A DNA stretch of 64,000 nt from a candidate division FCPU426 bacterium (GCA_963738405.1 CAVTWJ010000009.1:288001-352000), one strand, 5' to 3'; shown: positions 53,210-62,423, numbered from the stretch's first letter. Notes: generated by a model from the letters alone, not told the origin. A program made the numbers and translations.

Positions 53210-53617
53210 ATGGCTCAAAGCGTCGCTGAAATGAAGGCCAAATGGATGAAGACGGCCAAGGTGCTCTATTGGATCGAGACGATCCTGGTGGTTTTCTGCA
53301 TGGGTTCGGGAGGGGTGATGATGCTCATCGGCTCCCCGGCCAATGTGCAGGGAATCACCGACTTGGGTTATCCCGCCTACCTTTGCACCATTCTGGGAAC
53401 GGCCAAGATATTGGGTTGCATCGCGGTTTTGTTCGGCAGTAAAAAATTCCGCACGCTCAAAGAATGGGCCTACGCGGGTTTTACTTTTGATCTATTGGGA
53501 GCCTCGGCTTCCTACGTTCTGCATGGGGGCGCGCCCCTGTTACATGTGATCGCGCCGCTCATCATCCTCGTTTTTGTTTGGCTGTCGCGTCAACAATGGA
53601 GGACCGGTTGGATGTAA
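53210..53617 (+). CDS. DoxX-like family membrane protein
   Basis: LGYPAYL, LGTAKILG, LKEWAYAGFTFDLLGA. Confidence 0.82.
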   Translation: MAQSVAEMKAKWMKTAKVLYWIETILVVFCMGSGGVMMLIGSPANVQGITDLGYPAYLCTILGTAKILGCIAVLFGSKKFRTLKEWAYAGFTFDLLGASASYVLHGGAPLLHVIAPLIILVFVWLSRQQWRTGWM

Positions 53618-53627
53618 GGAGAACCCA

Positions 53628-53654
53628 TGTCCGGTTTTACTCCTCCCCTTCGTC
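53628..53654 (+). promoter_or_regulatory. ECF42-variant promoter
   Basis: TGTCCG-N17-CGTC. Confidence 0.7.
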
Positions 53655-53705
53655 ATTCAGATAAGGAAACAAAAGGGGCCTCGGGGTCCGGAAAGGCAGG
53701 GTTAT

Positions 53706-54086
53706 ATGACGCAAATATCTTTGGGAAACCATTCCAAAATTGTCGCACTTCCCTCGGAACAGGGAAGGCTCAGACGGTTTTTTGTTGAAATCTTGGGATG
53801 CGAGCAAACGAAAAAAACGGACCAGGTGGATTATTTCCGGTTGGGGAGCGATTTTTTCCTGGCGGTCCTTTATGGCGACCAGGTGCTGGAATCCGAATCC
53901 CTCTTGAAATCCATATGGCTGGAGCTCAAAGCAGGTCACCCGGAGGAAATGAAAAAGAAGATCCGCGATTTTGGGGTGAAGGAACTCGAAAGCTGGGACA
54001 AGGAACACCTCTATTTCCAGGGGCCGGGGGGGCAGGTTTTCCGGTTGGTCGGAAAATCCGAAGACCTCTCCCGGTTTGAAAGCTAG
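53706..54086 (+). CDS. VOC/glyoxalase-fold-like protein
   Basis: RRFFVEILGC, WLELK, LYFQGPGGQVFRLV. Confidence 0.6.
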   Translation: MTQISLGNHSKIVALPSEQGRLRRFFVEILGCEQTKKTDQVDYFRLGSDFFLAVLYGDQVLESESLLKSIWLELKAGHPEEMKKKIRDFGVKELESWDKEHLYFQGPGGQVFRLVGKSEDLSRFES

Positions 54087-54112
54087 GCTGTTTTATTAGG
54101 TAAAGTTTCCCG

Positions 54113-54139
54113 TGTCCGGTAACCCTATCCCTGTTCGTC
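54113..54139 (+). promoter_or_regulatory. ECF42-variant promoter
   Basis: TGTCCG-N17-CGTC upstream of the YciI-YciI-sigma operon. Confidence 0.7.
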
Positions 54140-54191
54140 ATAGGGATAGAGGCGCCGAAAGGCCTCAATAACGATCTTAAGGAGAAGCGCC

Positions 54192-54551
54192 ATGGCTGAT
54201 TTCGTGTATTTATTCTGGAACCAAAGGGAAGACCAAAAACGGATGGCGCAAGCCACGCCGGAAGAAAAGAAGGCCATCACCCAGCGCTGGATGAAGTGGC
54301 TGGGGGATTTGAAGGACAAGGGGCATGTGAAGGATTTGGGCGCGCCGCTGGAATTTACGGGCAAGACCCTTCAAGGCCCCCAGAAACAGGTCACCGACGG
54401 CCCCCACCCCGAAGCCAAGGATGTCATCGGCGGCTTTTCACTTATCACCGCCAAAGACCTGGATGAGGCGGCAGAGCTGGCCAAGGGCTGTCCTATCCTT
54501 GAATTGGGCGGCCGGGTGGAAGTAAGGCCCATCCGCCCCATGCAATCCTAA
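54192..54551 (+). CDS. YciI/DGPF family protein
   Basis: VTDGPHPEAKDVIGGF, GCPILELGGRVEVRPI. Confidence 0.88.
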   Translation: MADFVYLFWNQREDQKRMAQATPEEKKAITQRWMKWLGDLKDKGHVKDLGAPLEFTGKTLQGPQKQVTDGPHPEAKDVIGGFSLITAKDLDEAAELAKGCPILELGGRVEVRPIRPMQS

Positions 54552-54585
54552 TCGTTCAAACCCTTACGAGATAAAGGAGACTCAA

Positions 54586-54930
54586 ATGAAGAAATTCCTG
54601 TACCTGTTCTGGAACAAACCGGCCGATTGGAAAGCCCAATCGCCTGAGCAGATGGAACAACGCATGCAGAAGTGGATGAAATGGATGGATTCCCTCAAGG
54701 CCGCCGGTCATTTCAAGGGCGCGGGCGAAAGGCTGGAGGATGGTGGAAGCGTGGTGCGGGGCAAGGCCAAAACCGTCACCGACGGGCCCTACGCCGAGGC
54801 CAAGGACACCATCGGAGGCTATATCGTGGTGGAAGCCAAGGATCTGGCTGAAGCAGTGGAGCTTTCAAAAGAGTGTCCCGTGCTCGAAGGCGAAGGCCTG
54901 GTTGAGGTGCGCCCCATCGCTTCGATGTAA
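54586..54930 (+). CDS. YciI/DGPF family protein
   Basis: VTDGPYAEAKDTIGGY, ECPVLEGEGLVEVRPI. Confidence 0.88.
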   Translation: MKKFLYLFWNKPADWKAQSPEQMEQRMQKWMKWMDSLKAAGHFKGAGERLEDGGSVVRGKAKTVTDGPYAEAKDTIGGYIVVEAKDLAEAVELSKECPVLEGEGLVEVRPIASM

Positions 54931-54951
54931 GGTTTTGCCTAAAATAACGCC

Positions 54952-56226
54952 ATGAGCGACATACCTGGTTTAGTGGACCATCTTTTCCGCCGAGAGTCGG
55001 GGAAGATGGTTTCTTATTTAACCCGCGTTTTCGGCTTCAGCCGGCTCAATATGGCTGAGGACGTGGTGCAGGATACCCTCATCAAGGCCCTGGAGGTCTG
55101 GCCCTTCCACGGCGTGCCCGACAACCCCTCGGCCTGGCTCATGCGGGCCGCCCGCAACCGGGCCATCGATATCATCCGCCGAGACAGCCGTTTCAAGCTT
55201 GCCGCGCCCGAACTCGCCCACCTCCTCAGGCTCCGGGAAGAGGAAAGCGGGGAGGTGCCGATTCCCGACCAAGAAATCCAAGACGCCCAGCTTCGAATGA
55301 TGTTCTCCTGCTGCCACCCGGACTTAACCGCCGACTCCCAGATCACCTTGATTCTCAAGACCCTCTGCGGGTTCAGCGTTTCGGAAATCGCGCAAGCCCT
55401 CTTGAGCCGGGAAGATTCGGTTGAGAAACGCCTGGGCCGCGCCCGCAAGACCCTTCGCGATTCCGGCACCTTTGTCGAACTCACCGAAAATTCCGATATT
55501 CCCAGCCGCCTGGAGGCGGTATATCAGGCCCTCTACCTGCTTTTCAACGAGGGCTACCACGCCAGCCGGTCCGACCGCAAGGAACCCGAAGACTTATGTT
55601 ATGAAGCCATCCGGCTGACACTACTTCTCGGCGAGCATCCCCAAGGCCAGAAGCCCAAAACCTTTTCCCTTTTGGCCCTCATGTGCCTGCACGCCGCGCG
55701 CCTGCCGGGCCGCACGGCTGACGATGGAAGCCTGATCCAGCTTGAATTTCAGGATCGCGCTAAATGGGACAGGTTCCTTATGGGCCAGGGGTTTCATTAT
55801 CTTGAAAAGGCAAGGGAAGGGCATTCCGTCAGCGAATACCTGGTGGAAGCCAGCATCGCCGGGCTCCACTGCGAGGCCAAGACCTATCAGGAAACCGAAT
55901 GGGGAAGAATTTTGGAACTTTACGACCTGCTATACCACCTGAAACCCTCACCCGTGGTGGGCTTGAACCGGGCCATCGCGGTGGGTAAAGCCAAGGGGCC
56001 CGAGGAAGGGTTGGCCGAACTGGGCAGAATTACCGACGCCGGGAAGCTGAAGGACTATCCCTTTTACCCGGCGGCTTTTGGGGAATTCCATTTACTGGCG
56101 GGAAGGCATGAAGAAGCGGGGAAGCATTTTGAAAAGGCCATGGGCCTGGCAAGAAATGAGCACGAGCGGGACTTTTTTGAAAAGAAGAGAGGAGTTCCCT
56201 CAAACCGAATTTCTGAAAAGGACTAG
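54952..56226 (+). CDS. ECF42-like sigma factor with C-terminal extension (module 2)
   Basis: HLFRRESGKMVSYL, AEDVVQD, PSAWLMRAARNRAID, LRMMFSCCHP, LYLLFNEGY, SPVVGLNRAIA. Confidence 0.88.
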   Translation: MSDIPGLVDHLFRRESGKMVSYLTRVFGFSRLNMAEDVVQDTLIKALEVWPFHGVPDNPSAWLMRAARNRAIDIIRRDSRFKLAAPELAHLLRLREEESGEVPIPDQEIQDAQLRMMFSCCHPDLTADSQITLILKTLCGFSVSEIAQALLSREDSVEKRLGRARKTLRDSGTFVELTENSDIPSRLEAVYQALYLLFNEGYHASRSDRKEPEDLCYEAIRLTLLLGEHPQGQKPKTFSLLALMCLHAARLPGRTADDGSLIQLEFQDRAKWDRFLMGQGFHYLEKAREGHSVSEYLVEASIAGLHCEAKTYQETEWGRILELYDLLYHLKPSPVVGLNRAIAVGKAKGPEEGLAELGRITDAGKLKDYPFYPAAFGEFHLLAGRHEEAGKHFEKAMGLARNEHERDFFEKKRGVPSNRISEKD

Positions 56227-56582
56227 GTGGATATCCGGTTAAAAGATTTTTCCTCGGGCAGGTTCGAAAGATAGTTTTTCAAGGTGTTTTCGTCCTCCGC
56301 CTGCATGGCCTCAAAATGAAGCCCCCCGCCGGCGCCGTTGGTCCAGACCACCTCGGCATAGGCTGAAATCATCCGGGATATTTTGGGAAGGGTCAGGTCC
56401 ATTCGAATGAGGGCGCCCTTTACCAGGGCCTGATCGGACGCCAAAAATAAGCCTCCCAAACTCACGTCCAGGGTATGGCTGAACCGTTCCTTTTGCATTT
56501 CCCCAGCTTTGTATTTAACAGGTAACTGGAGCGAAGTACGGGGATGGTGTCTTCGTTCGACGGGTTTATCGGCTTGAGGCAT
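56223..56582 (-). CDS. Single-domain PilZ protein (c-di-GMP receptor)
   Basis: ERRHHPR (RxxxR) and DVSLGG (DxSxxG), AEVVW. Confidence 0.85.
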   Translation of the reverse strand: MPQADKPVERRHHPRTSLQLPVKYKAGEMQKERFSHTLDVSLGGLFLASDQALVKGALIRMDLTLPKISRMISAYAEVVWTNGAGGGLHFEAMQAEDENTLKNYLSNLPEEKSFNRIST

Positions 56583-56799
56583 TTTGAATTCCTTGCTAGT
56601 TAAGTGGTTGAAACATTTCTTCGTTGTATAGCGATGGATCGGAAAGGAAACCATGAAAAAATGCTTCATGTTCTCCCGATTCTGTTTTTTTCTTCCAAAC
56701 TGTCATTTTGCGCGGCGATGGGCGACTGGGGAAACAGCTTAAACCCTAAAAGTTTCGATTTCGGAAAAACGATTTGGAAAACACCAAGGCCGGCAGTTT

Positions 56800-56827
56800 A
56801 AAAAACCCATCCCTGGAAAAGATGGGC
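56800..56827 (-). terminator. Intrinsic terminator on the minus strand
   Basis: Minus strand reads GCCCATC-TTTTCCAGG-GATGGG-TTTTTT. Confidence 0.7.
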
Positions 56828-56856
56828 TGGACAAAAAAATATCAGATGGGTGCGGA

Positions 56857-56898
56857 CTATTTCTTCGCGGTCTTTTTCTTAACGACTTTCTTCGCCAT
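56857..56898 (-). CDS. Putative 13-aa lysine-rich micropeptide MAKKVVKKKTAKK
   Basis: AAGGAGG 6 nt before ATG, TAG stop, terminator 30 nt downstream. Confidence 0.55.
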   Translation of the reverse strand: MAKKVVKKKTAKK

Positions 56899-57171
56899 GA
56901 GGAACCTCCTTCTTAGCTAAGTTACATTCACCTTAACAGATTAAGGGACCGAGCAGGGGAATCATTAGGGACGGGCCCCAGGGATTGCCCTTAGCCTTAA
57001 AGCAGTGTCTATCCCAAGTCCATTCCGATTTTAATTTTTTGCTAGTCGCTTTCAGAAAGGTGGAAATCAGGACTGAATTTTTTCGTTAGGCCCCCAAGCC
57101 GAACGTTCAAATAAACTAGGTGCCATAGAATCCTTTAGATTGTTCGCTTATCAATTATGCACATTTTTACT

Positions 57172-58749
57172 TCAATCCAGCACTGCGATGCTTTCGGGTT
57201 TTCCGGGTTTTAGCACATTGTGGGTAGGCAAAAAGAAGGCGGGGATCAGCGCCAGCATGACAATGCCGGCTCCCACTAGAAAAGCATCCTCAAAACCGGC
57301 TACGGCGGTCATCTTGAAAATTTGCCCCGCCACCACCGCGCCCGCGCCCCGCATGGAATCCACATGCGAAAGCCCCAGGCTGTGAAGTCGATCCGCCACC
57401 CCCGCCAAGGTCCTTTGAGAAGTCGGGGTCATTGGGCTCCAAGTGGCGGCCGCCAAACTTTGATGAAAAATCGTGCGATGGTTTAAAAGGGCGCCCAAAA
57501 GCCCGATCCCCACCGAACCGGCCACCTGCTGGGTCAGGTTCATCATGGCGGAAGCCATGCCGGCCTTTTCCTTGGGGATACAGTTGAGGGCGGTGACCAT
57601 GACGGGGGTAATGAGAAGGGCGATGGCCACGCCCCGGATAAGGGTGGGTTCAATCACATCCCAGATGCTGGTGTTGATGTCGAGCGTCCGGTAGGTGTAC
57701 ATGAAATAGGCGATGCCCAACAACCCGACCAGGGAAGGCCAGAGGGGGCCGATCTTGTCGCTCAACTTTCCGGCGAGGGGCATGAAGATGGCGATCATCA
57801 ATGAGCCCGGAAGCAAAATCAGCCCGCTGTCGATTTCGTTGAATCCCATGATTTGCTGAAGAAACAGCGGAAGCAAAAAGACCCCGCCGAAAAGGGCCAG
57901 GGACCTGGCGGAAATGACCAACATGCAGGCGGCGTATACGGGCGATTTTAGAAGCCTTATATCCAAAATGCCGTGGGGGGTCAGGCTTTCCACCACCGTG
58001 AATCCGACAAAGCCCGTAAAGGCCAGGGCCCAGCAGGTATAGATGTAACCAGAAGACCATCCTTTTTCTTCCCCCTGGCTCAAGGCCAGCAAAAAGGTCA
58101 CCAGGAAGGTGGAAAGAAAAAGAAAACCCCACAGGTCAAAGGGATGCTTAAAGCTGTGCTCGGAGGGTTTATCCTCGCGCAAAAGGGCCAGGGCCATCAA
58201 TACGGCCAGAATGCCGACCGGAAGGTTGACGGTAAAGATCGAACGCCAGCCGAACTGGTTGGTCAGGTAGCCCCCCAGGGTGGGGCCGAAGGAGGGGCCC
58301 ACAATGACCCCCACGCCCCAATAGCCGATGGCCTTGCCCCTTTCGGCGGGCTCGAAAACCTCGGCGATCATGGCCATGCCGGTGGGGGTAATGGCGCCCC
58401 CGCCCAGGGCCTGGATGACGCGGGCCGCCACCAATGACGGAAGGTTCCAGGCCATGGCGCAAAGAAGCGAACCCAAGGTGAAAACAAAAAGGCTGATCAC
58501 GAAAAGCCGCTTGTAGCCTATGTGTTCCCGAAGCCAGGCGGTCAAGGGCATGAGGGTAGCGAAGGCCAGCATATAGCCCGTGACGACCCATTCAATGTCG
58601 GTAACGGGCGAGCCGAAGTCGGCCATGATATCGGGAAGGGAAACGTTGACGATGCTCTGGTCCAATGCGGCCATGAGAGTGCCGATCATGACCACCCCCA
58701 GCACTTCCCACTTATAGGGAATACCTGTGACGCCGGGGGTGTTGTACAT
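57172..58749 (-). CDS. DHA2 family MFS efflux permease (EmrB/QacA-like)
   Basis: MAALDQSIVNVSLP, WVVTGYMLA, RVIQALGGG, GPTLGGYL, WRSIFTVNLPVG. Confidence 0.92.
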   Translation of the reverse strand: MYNTPGVTGIPYKWEVLGVVMIGTLMAALDQSIVNVSLPDIMADFGSPVTDIEWVVTGYMLAFATLMPLTAWLREHIGYKRLFVISLFVFTLGSLLCAMAWNLPSLVAARVIQALGGGAITPTGMAMIAEVFEPAERGKAIGYWGVGVIVGPSFGPTLGGYLTNQFGWRSIFTVNLPVGILAVLMALALLREDKPSEHSFKHPFDLWGFLFLSTFLVTFLLALSQGEEKGWSSGYIYTCWALAFTGFVGFTVVESLTPHGILDIRLLKSPVYAACMLVISARSLALFGGVFLLPLFLQQIMGFNEIDSGLILLPGSLMIAIFMPLAGKLSDKIGPLWPSLVGLLGIAYFMYTYRTLDINTSIWDVIEPTLIRGVAIALLITPVMVTALNCIPKEKAGMASAMMNLTQQVAGSVGIGLLGALLNHRTIFHQSLAAATWSPMTPTSQRTLAGVADRLHSLGLSHVDSMRGAGAVVAGQIFKMTAVAGFEDAFLVGAGIVMLALIPAFFLPTHNVLKPGKPESIAVLD

Positions 58750-58768
58750 CAGGAAACCTCAACCCATT

Positions 58769-58921
58769 CACCACCAAGGCACCAAGACACCAAGGAAGGC
58801 ATATGATTAATCGGCACCACAAAAAAATGTCTTTTTGGTTTTGTTGTCATACATAAAAAAGTTTTTCTTGGTGACTTGGTGCGATGCAAGCCCGTCCCCA
58901 AGGGGGACGCATCGTGGTGGT
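58769..58921. repeat. Palindromic intergenic element with 8-bp CACCAAG subrepeats
   Basis: Left CACCACCAAGGCACCAAGACACCAAG; right CTTGGTGACTTGGTG...GTGGTGGT. Confidence 0.65.
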
Positions 58922-58957
58922 AAAAATCTTTTTTGTTTGAAGTTTTAAGAAAATGCA

Positions 58958-59827
58958 TTAGTGAACCTTGATTTTAATTTCAACCGACTGCCCGGCCTTC
59001 AAGACCCGGTCGGGATGGGGGTCCAGGGTCACCTTGACCGGGACGCGCTGGACGAGCTTAATGAAATTGCCTGAGGCGTTTTCCGCCGGAAGAAGAGCAA
59101 ACTGAGAGGCGGTGGCGGCGGTGACTTCGGCCACCTGGCCGGTCAAGCTGCCCCCTTCGTCCACGCGAATCGTTACCCTTTGGCCGGGCTTCACGTCGCC
59201 CACGTTGGTTTCCTGGATATTGGCGGAGACCCAGGCGTGGTCCACGTCGGCGATCACCAAGGCTACCTGCCCCGATTCCAGCAAATTGCCCTCGACGCCG
59301 ATTTTTTCAATCACGATGCCGTTGACCGGACTTTTCAAATAGGTGTGGTCCAGGGCGTTCTGGGCCAACTGCAAATCCGCCTGGGCCGATTGGGCGCCCG
59401 CCTGGGAGGCCTGGTAATCCCGGGCGGCGAGACCGCCCTGTTTGAAAAGTCGGTCAGCCCTGGAGGTATCGGACGAGGCCAGGTTTGCCCGGGCCTGGGC
59501 CTTCAAAAGCTGGGCCTGATAAATGGTGTGGTCCAATTCGGCCAAGACCTGCCCCTGGGTGACCGGGTCTCCCTCGGCCACGTTGATTTTTAAAACCGTC
59601 CCGGTCACGCCGTCGGGCGCGACCCGCACCAGATTCTCGGCCACCCGGGCGTCGTCGGTGGAAACATAGGGCCGATAGAAGAAAAACCAAACGACCATGC
59701 CGATTAGAAAGGTGGCCAAAAAGGCCCAACCCACCCTTTGCGCCATTTGGGATTTCCACCAGGGGGCCGCTGGCGCGGGATGGGCCTCGGGATGGGACGA
59801 TTTGTTTTTATGCGGTTGGAGGCTCAT
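58958..59827 (-). CDS. HlyD/EmrA family periplasmic adaptor
   Basis: N-terminal TM, STDDARV, LKSPVNG, WVSANIQET, FALLPAENASGNFIKLVQRVPV. Confidence 0.9.
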   Translation of the reverse strand: MSLQPHKNKSSHPEAHPAPAAPWWKSQMAQRVGWAFLATFLIGMVVWFFFYRPYVSTDDARVAENLVRVAPDGVTGTVLKINVAEGDPVTQGQVLAELDHTIYQAQLLKAQARANLASSDTSRADRLFKQGGLAARDYQASQAGAQSAQADLQLAQNALDHTYLKSPVNGIVIEKIGVEGNLLESGQVALVIADVDHAWVSANIQETNVGDVKPGQRVTIRVDEGGSLTGQVAEVTAATASQFALLPAENASGNFIKLVQRVPVKVTLDPHPDRVLKAGQSVEIKIKVH

Positions 59828-60282
59828 GCTTTCTCCTTGGATAGATGTTGAGTTATTTTTTGAAGGGTTTGGGTGAAATTCTTTTTTTCACCTGACGACA
59901 AAGTTTCCAGCGCGACTTCGGATAAAAGCCGGTAAATTTTTTCGATCTCCGCGGCGAGTTTTTCACCCTTGGGGGTAAGCGAAAGTTCCCAGCGTCTTTT
60001 ATCCGTGGGGTGTTCCCCCTGGCGCAAAAGGCCTTGCTTCAAAAGCTGGTTCACCATTTTGGTCATGGCAGCGGGGTCCGTCAGGGTATCCCGGGATAGT
60101 TCGGCCGGGGAGGCCTTTCCCCGTTTTGAGAGAAAGCGCAGGATCGGGGCCTGTTTGACCCCCAGCCCCAAGGGACGGAGGGCGTTATTGAAATGAAGGC
60201 TTAGGGACCTTCGACAGCGGCCAAAGGCCTCCAAGAGTTGCAGGTCTGAATGGGTGGAAGTTGATTTCATGGACATATCCAT
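59824..60282 (-). CDS. MarR family transcriptional regulator
   Basis: SPAELSR, MTKMVNQL, DKRRWELSLTPKG; start at 60282 or 60270. Confidence 0.88.
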   Translation of the reverse strand: MDMSMKSTSTHSDLQLLEAFGRCRRSLSLHFNNALRPLGLGVKQAPILRFLSKRGKASPAELSRDTLTDPAAMTKMVNQLLKQGLLRQGEHPTDKRRWELSLTPKGEKLAAEIEKIYRLLSEVALETLSSGEKKNFTQTLQKITQHLSKEKA

Positions 60283-60296
60283 AATGGATGTATCCA
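60270..60296. promoter_or_regulatory. Probable MarR operator (two tandem palindromes)
   Basis: TGGAcataTCCA-taa-TGGAtgtaTCCA overlapping the marR start region. Confidence 0.65.
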
Positions 60297-60336
60297 CTAA
60301 AATCAAGGGGGGCGAAAAATAGGTTGGCTGGTGACC

Positions 60337-60945
60337 TCAGGCCGTGGGCCTGTTGGAACAATCCTGGCAATAGCTATGGTCTACATGGAAATCAAAATCC
60401 CCATCGTCGACGGCCATAGAAACGTTATGGCTTGGACAAACCTTAGCCTGGGTATAGGCCTGTGCCCCGGCGGAAGATGCCCCCGGAAGAATGGGCTCGT
60501 CATCCTTGCATCGCAACATCTTCGCGGCGCTTTGGCGAACCGCCTTGTAATAGTAGCCCTTGTTCTCGGAGATGGCTTTGAGGAGCGACTGGGCAAGGGT
60601 TTTGTTCGTGATTTGCTTGGCGGCGGCAAGCCGTAGCCAGCAAACCCGGCCTTGGACGGCAATGCTGGTATAGGTCAATTGCGCTAAATGGGAGTCGTGA
60701 AGTTTTTTTGCCGCCATATAGCGGACCGTATCCAAATGGTCGTGGCCCACCAGGGTTTCCAGAAGCGACTGGGAAAGCCTGGTATCGTATATTTTCTCCG
60801 CGGCGGCGATGCGCACGAACCCATCCGGATCGGTTTGGGCTATTTCGACTAGTTTTTTTTGTTCCGTGATGGCTTTGATGGCGGCCAGGCGCTCCCGGTG
60901 GCCGGTGGGGATGGTTTTTTTCTTAAAGAGATCGAGAATCGACAT
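60337..60945 (-). CDS. Hypothetical protein with HEAT-like helical repeats and a Cys/His-rich tail
   Basis: Repeats VRIAAAEKI / VRYMAAKKL / LRLAAAKQI / VRQSAAKML; CPSH...CQDC. Confidence 0.6.
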   Translation of the reverse strand: MSILDLFKKKTIPTGHRERLAAIKAITEQKKLVEIAQTDPDGFVRIAAAEKIYDTRLSQSLLETLVGHDHLDTVRYMAAKKLHDSHLAQLTYTSIAVQGRVCWLRLAAAKQITNKTLAQSLLKAISENKGYYYKAVRQSAAKMLRCKDDEPILPGASSAGAQAYTQAKVCPSHNVSMAVDDGDFDFHVDHSYCQDCSNRPTA

Positions 60946-61089
60946 GGAGCCCCCTCAGGCCGATCCAAAAAGGATGGCCCGAATCGTCTACAAACGTAAA
61001 CATGATGGGTGATGGATCTTCAATCCCTCTATGACCTTCTTCACATAAGCTTCTTTTTTGGAACCGGAAATGGGGATCGCCTGGGAAAG

Positions 61090-61524
61090 TTATTTGCTGT
61101 CGCGTGAAAAGAAAGGAACTTCCAGCCATTCCAACGCTTCCCGGCGGGTGGAAAAGTCGGAAAAATAGGCCGTATGGTTGGCCATGATGTGCTTCGCGTT
61201 GACGCCGATACTTTTGAATTGCAACAGGGTGCGGGTTTGTTTCGAGAATCGGGCCGACATGATCAATCCACGTTTGATCGCGTAGCAGGTGTATTCGTCT
61301 TGAAGAATCTCCCGCACTGCCGGGAGGAGTTTTGGAAAATCGGTAAGGTCGTTCAAGACTTTAAAGGGAACCAACCCCTTTTCGCTGATTTCATCCACGG
61401 AGGTTTGAAATATCTTGGAATATTCCTCCGCCTCTTTTTCGGTCCACTGACCCGTCAATTTGATTTCAAGCAACCGGTGCTTTAAATTCACCCGGGTGTA
61501 AAATTTTTCTTTGGTCGACGTCAT
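61090..61524 (-). CDS. Hypothetical STAS/SEC14-like small protein
   Basis: LLEIKLTGQW, KVLNDLTDF, C-terminal FSTRREALEWL; start uncertain. Confidence 0.5.
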   Translation of the reverse strand: MTSTKEKFYTRVNLKHRLLEIKLTGQWTEKEAEEYSKIFQTSVDEISEKGLVPFKVLNDLTDFPKLLPAVREILQDEYTCYAIKRGLIMSARFSKQTRTLLQFKSIGVNAKHIMANHTAYFSDFSTRREALEWLEVPFFSRDSK

Positions 61525-61921
61525 AAGAACAAACCCTTCAATAGAGGTTTCCATATATAAATATTTTATGGGTTCCGATGACCGATATATAAAACAAATA
61601 CATTTTAAATAGGTTAAAGGGTGCCATGAGAATGAATGGTTTGTTGGGCGATTGTTTTCATGCCGAAATGGGCACAAACGTTAAACCCGTTGATCGAACT
61701 GCGAAGGTTTTTCCGGAGGTTCTTTTTGGGCGGGGTTTGATTTTTTGGGGGAGGGATCGTTGCCGGTCTGTTTTTTCAATTCTTTCTCGCTTTGATTCAG
61801 TTCATTGTAAAGCTCGCGGGACTTTTGTCCGAAGCGTTTGCGGCGGGTACGGACGATCCAGGGCCTCTCCGATGGAGAAACAGGATCTACAGGCGGGAAA
61901 GGGTCTTCGGATGAAATGGGC

Positions 61922-62383
61922 CTACTCCTCTTCTTGGGTCAAAAGCCTGGGGCCGGGCCCCTTGGCGCGGAGCACGTCGAAGGGATTCCTTAGGGGGCAA
62001 TCCCTTAAAGAAAGACACCCGCAGCCGATACAGCTATTGAGCTGGTTCTTCAGCTTCGTCAACTGGGTGATGCGGTCCTCCAGGTGTTTTTTCCACTGTT
62101 TTGAGGCGATTTTCCAATCGCCGGTGGTGGCCTTCTTATCTTTGGGCAGGTGGTCCAGGCAGTTTTTAATTTCGGTCAAGGAAACGCCCAGGCCCTGGGC
62201 GACTTTGATTAAAGAAACCCGCCGTAAGACCTCCCGGCCGTAACGCCGCTGGTTACCGCTGTTGCGGACGCTCTTGATGAGACCCTTGGTTTCGTAGAAA
62301 TGCAGGGCGGAGACGGCCACGCCGCTGCGTTTGGAAAGCTGACCGACGGTGAGTTCCTGCCATTGGGCGAATGGATTTTTCAT
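61922..62383 (-). CDS. soxR: Redox-sensitive transcriptional activator SoxR
   Basis: LTVGQLSKRSGVAVSALHFYE, RNSGNQRRY, [2Fe-2S] motif CIGCGCLSLRDC. Confidence 0.95.
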   Translation of the reverse strand: MKNPFAQWQELTVGQLSKRSGVAVSALHFYETKGLIKSVRNSGNQRRYGREVLRRVSLIKVAQGLGVSLTEIKNCLDHLPKDKKATTGDWKIASKQWKKHLEDRITQLTKLKNQLNSCIGCGCLSLRDCPLRNPFDVLRAKGPGPRLLTQEEE

Positions 62384-62392
62384 CTTTACCCC

Positions 62393-62423
62393 TTGACCTC
62401 AAGTCTACTTGAGGTTTTAGAAT
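62393..62423 (+). promoter_or_regulatory. SoxR box inside a MerR-type promoter with a 19-bp spacer
   Basis: TTGACC-N19-TAGAAT with dyad CCTCAAG-TCTA-CTTGAGG (62397-62414). Confidence 0.9.

Noticed and set aside
57110..57126. TGGCAC on the minus strand as a sigma54 promoter for the micropeptide
   Set aside because: The -12 position reads TTAT rather than TTGC
61626..62243. 205-aa plus-strand ORF
   Set aside because: Largely antisense to soxR and has no recognisable motifs
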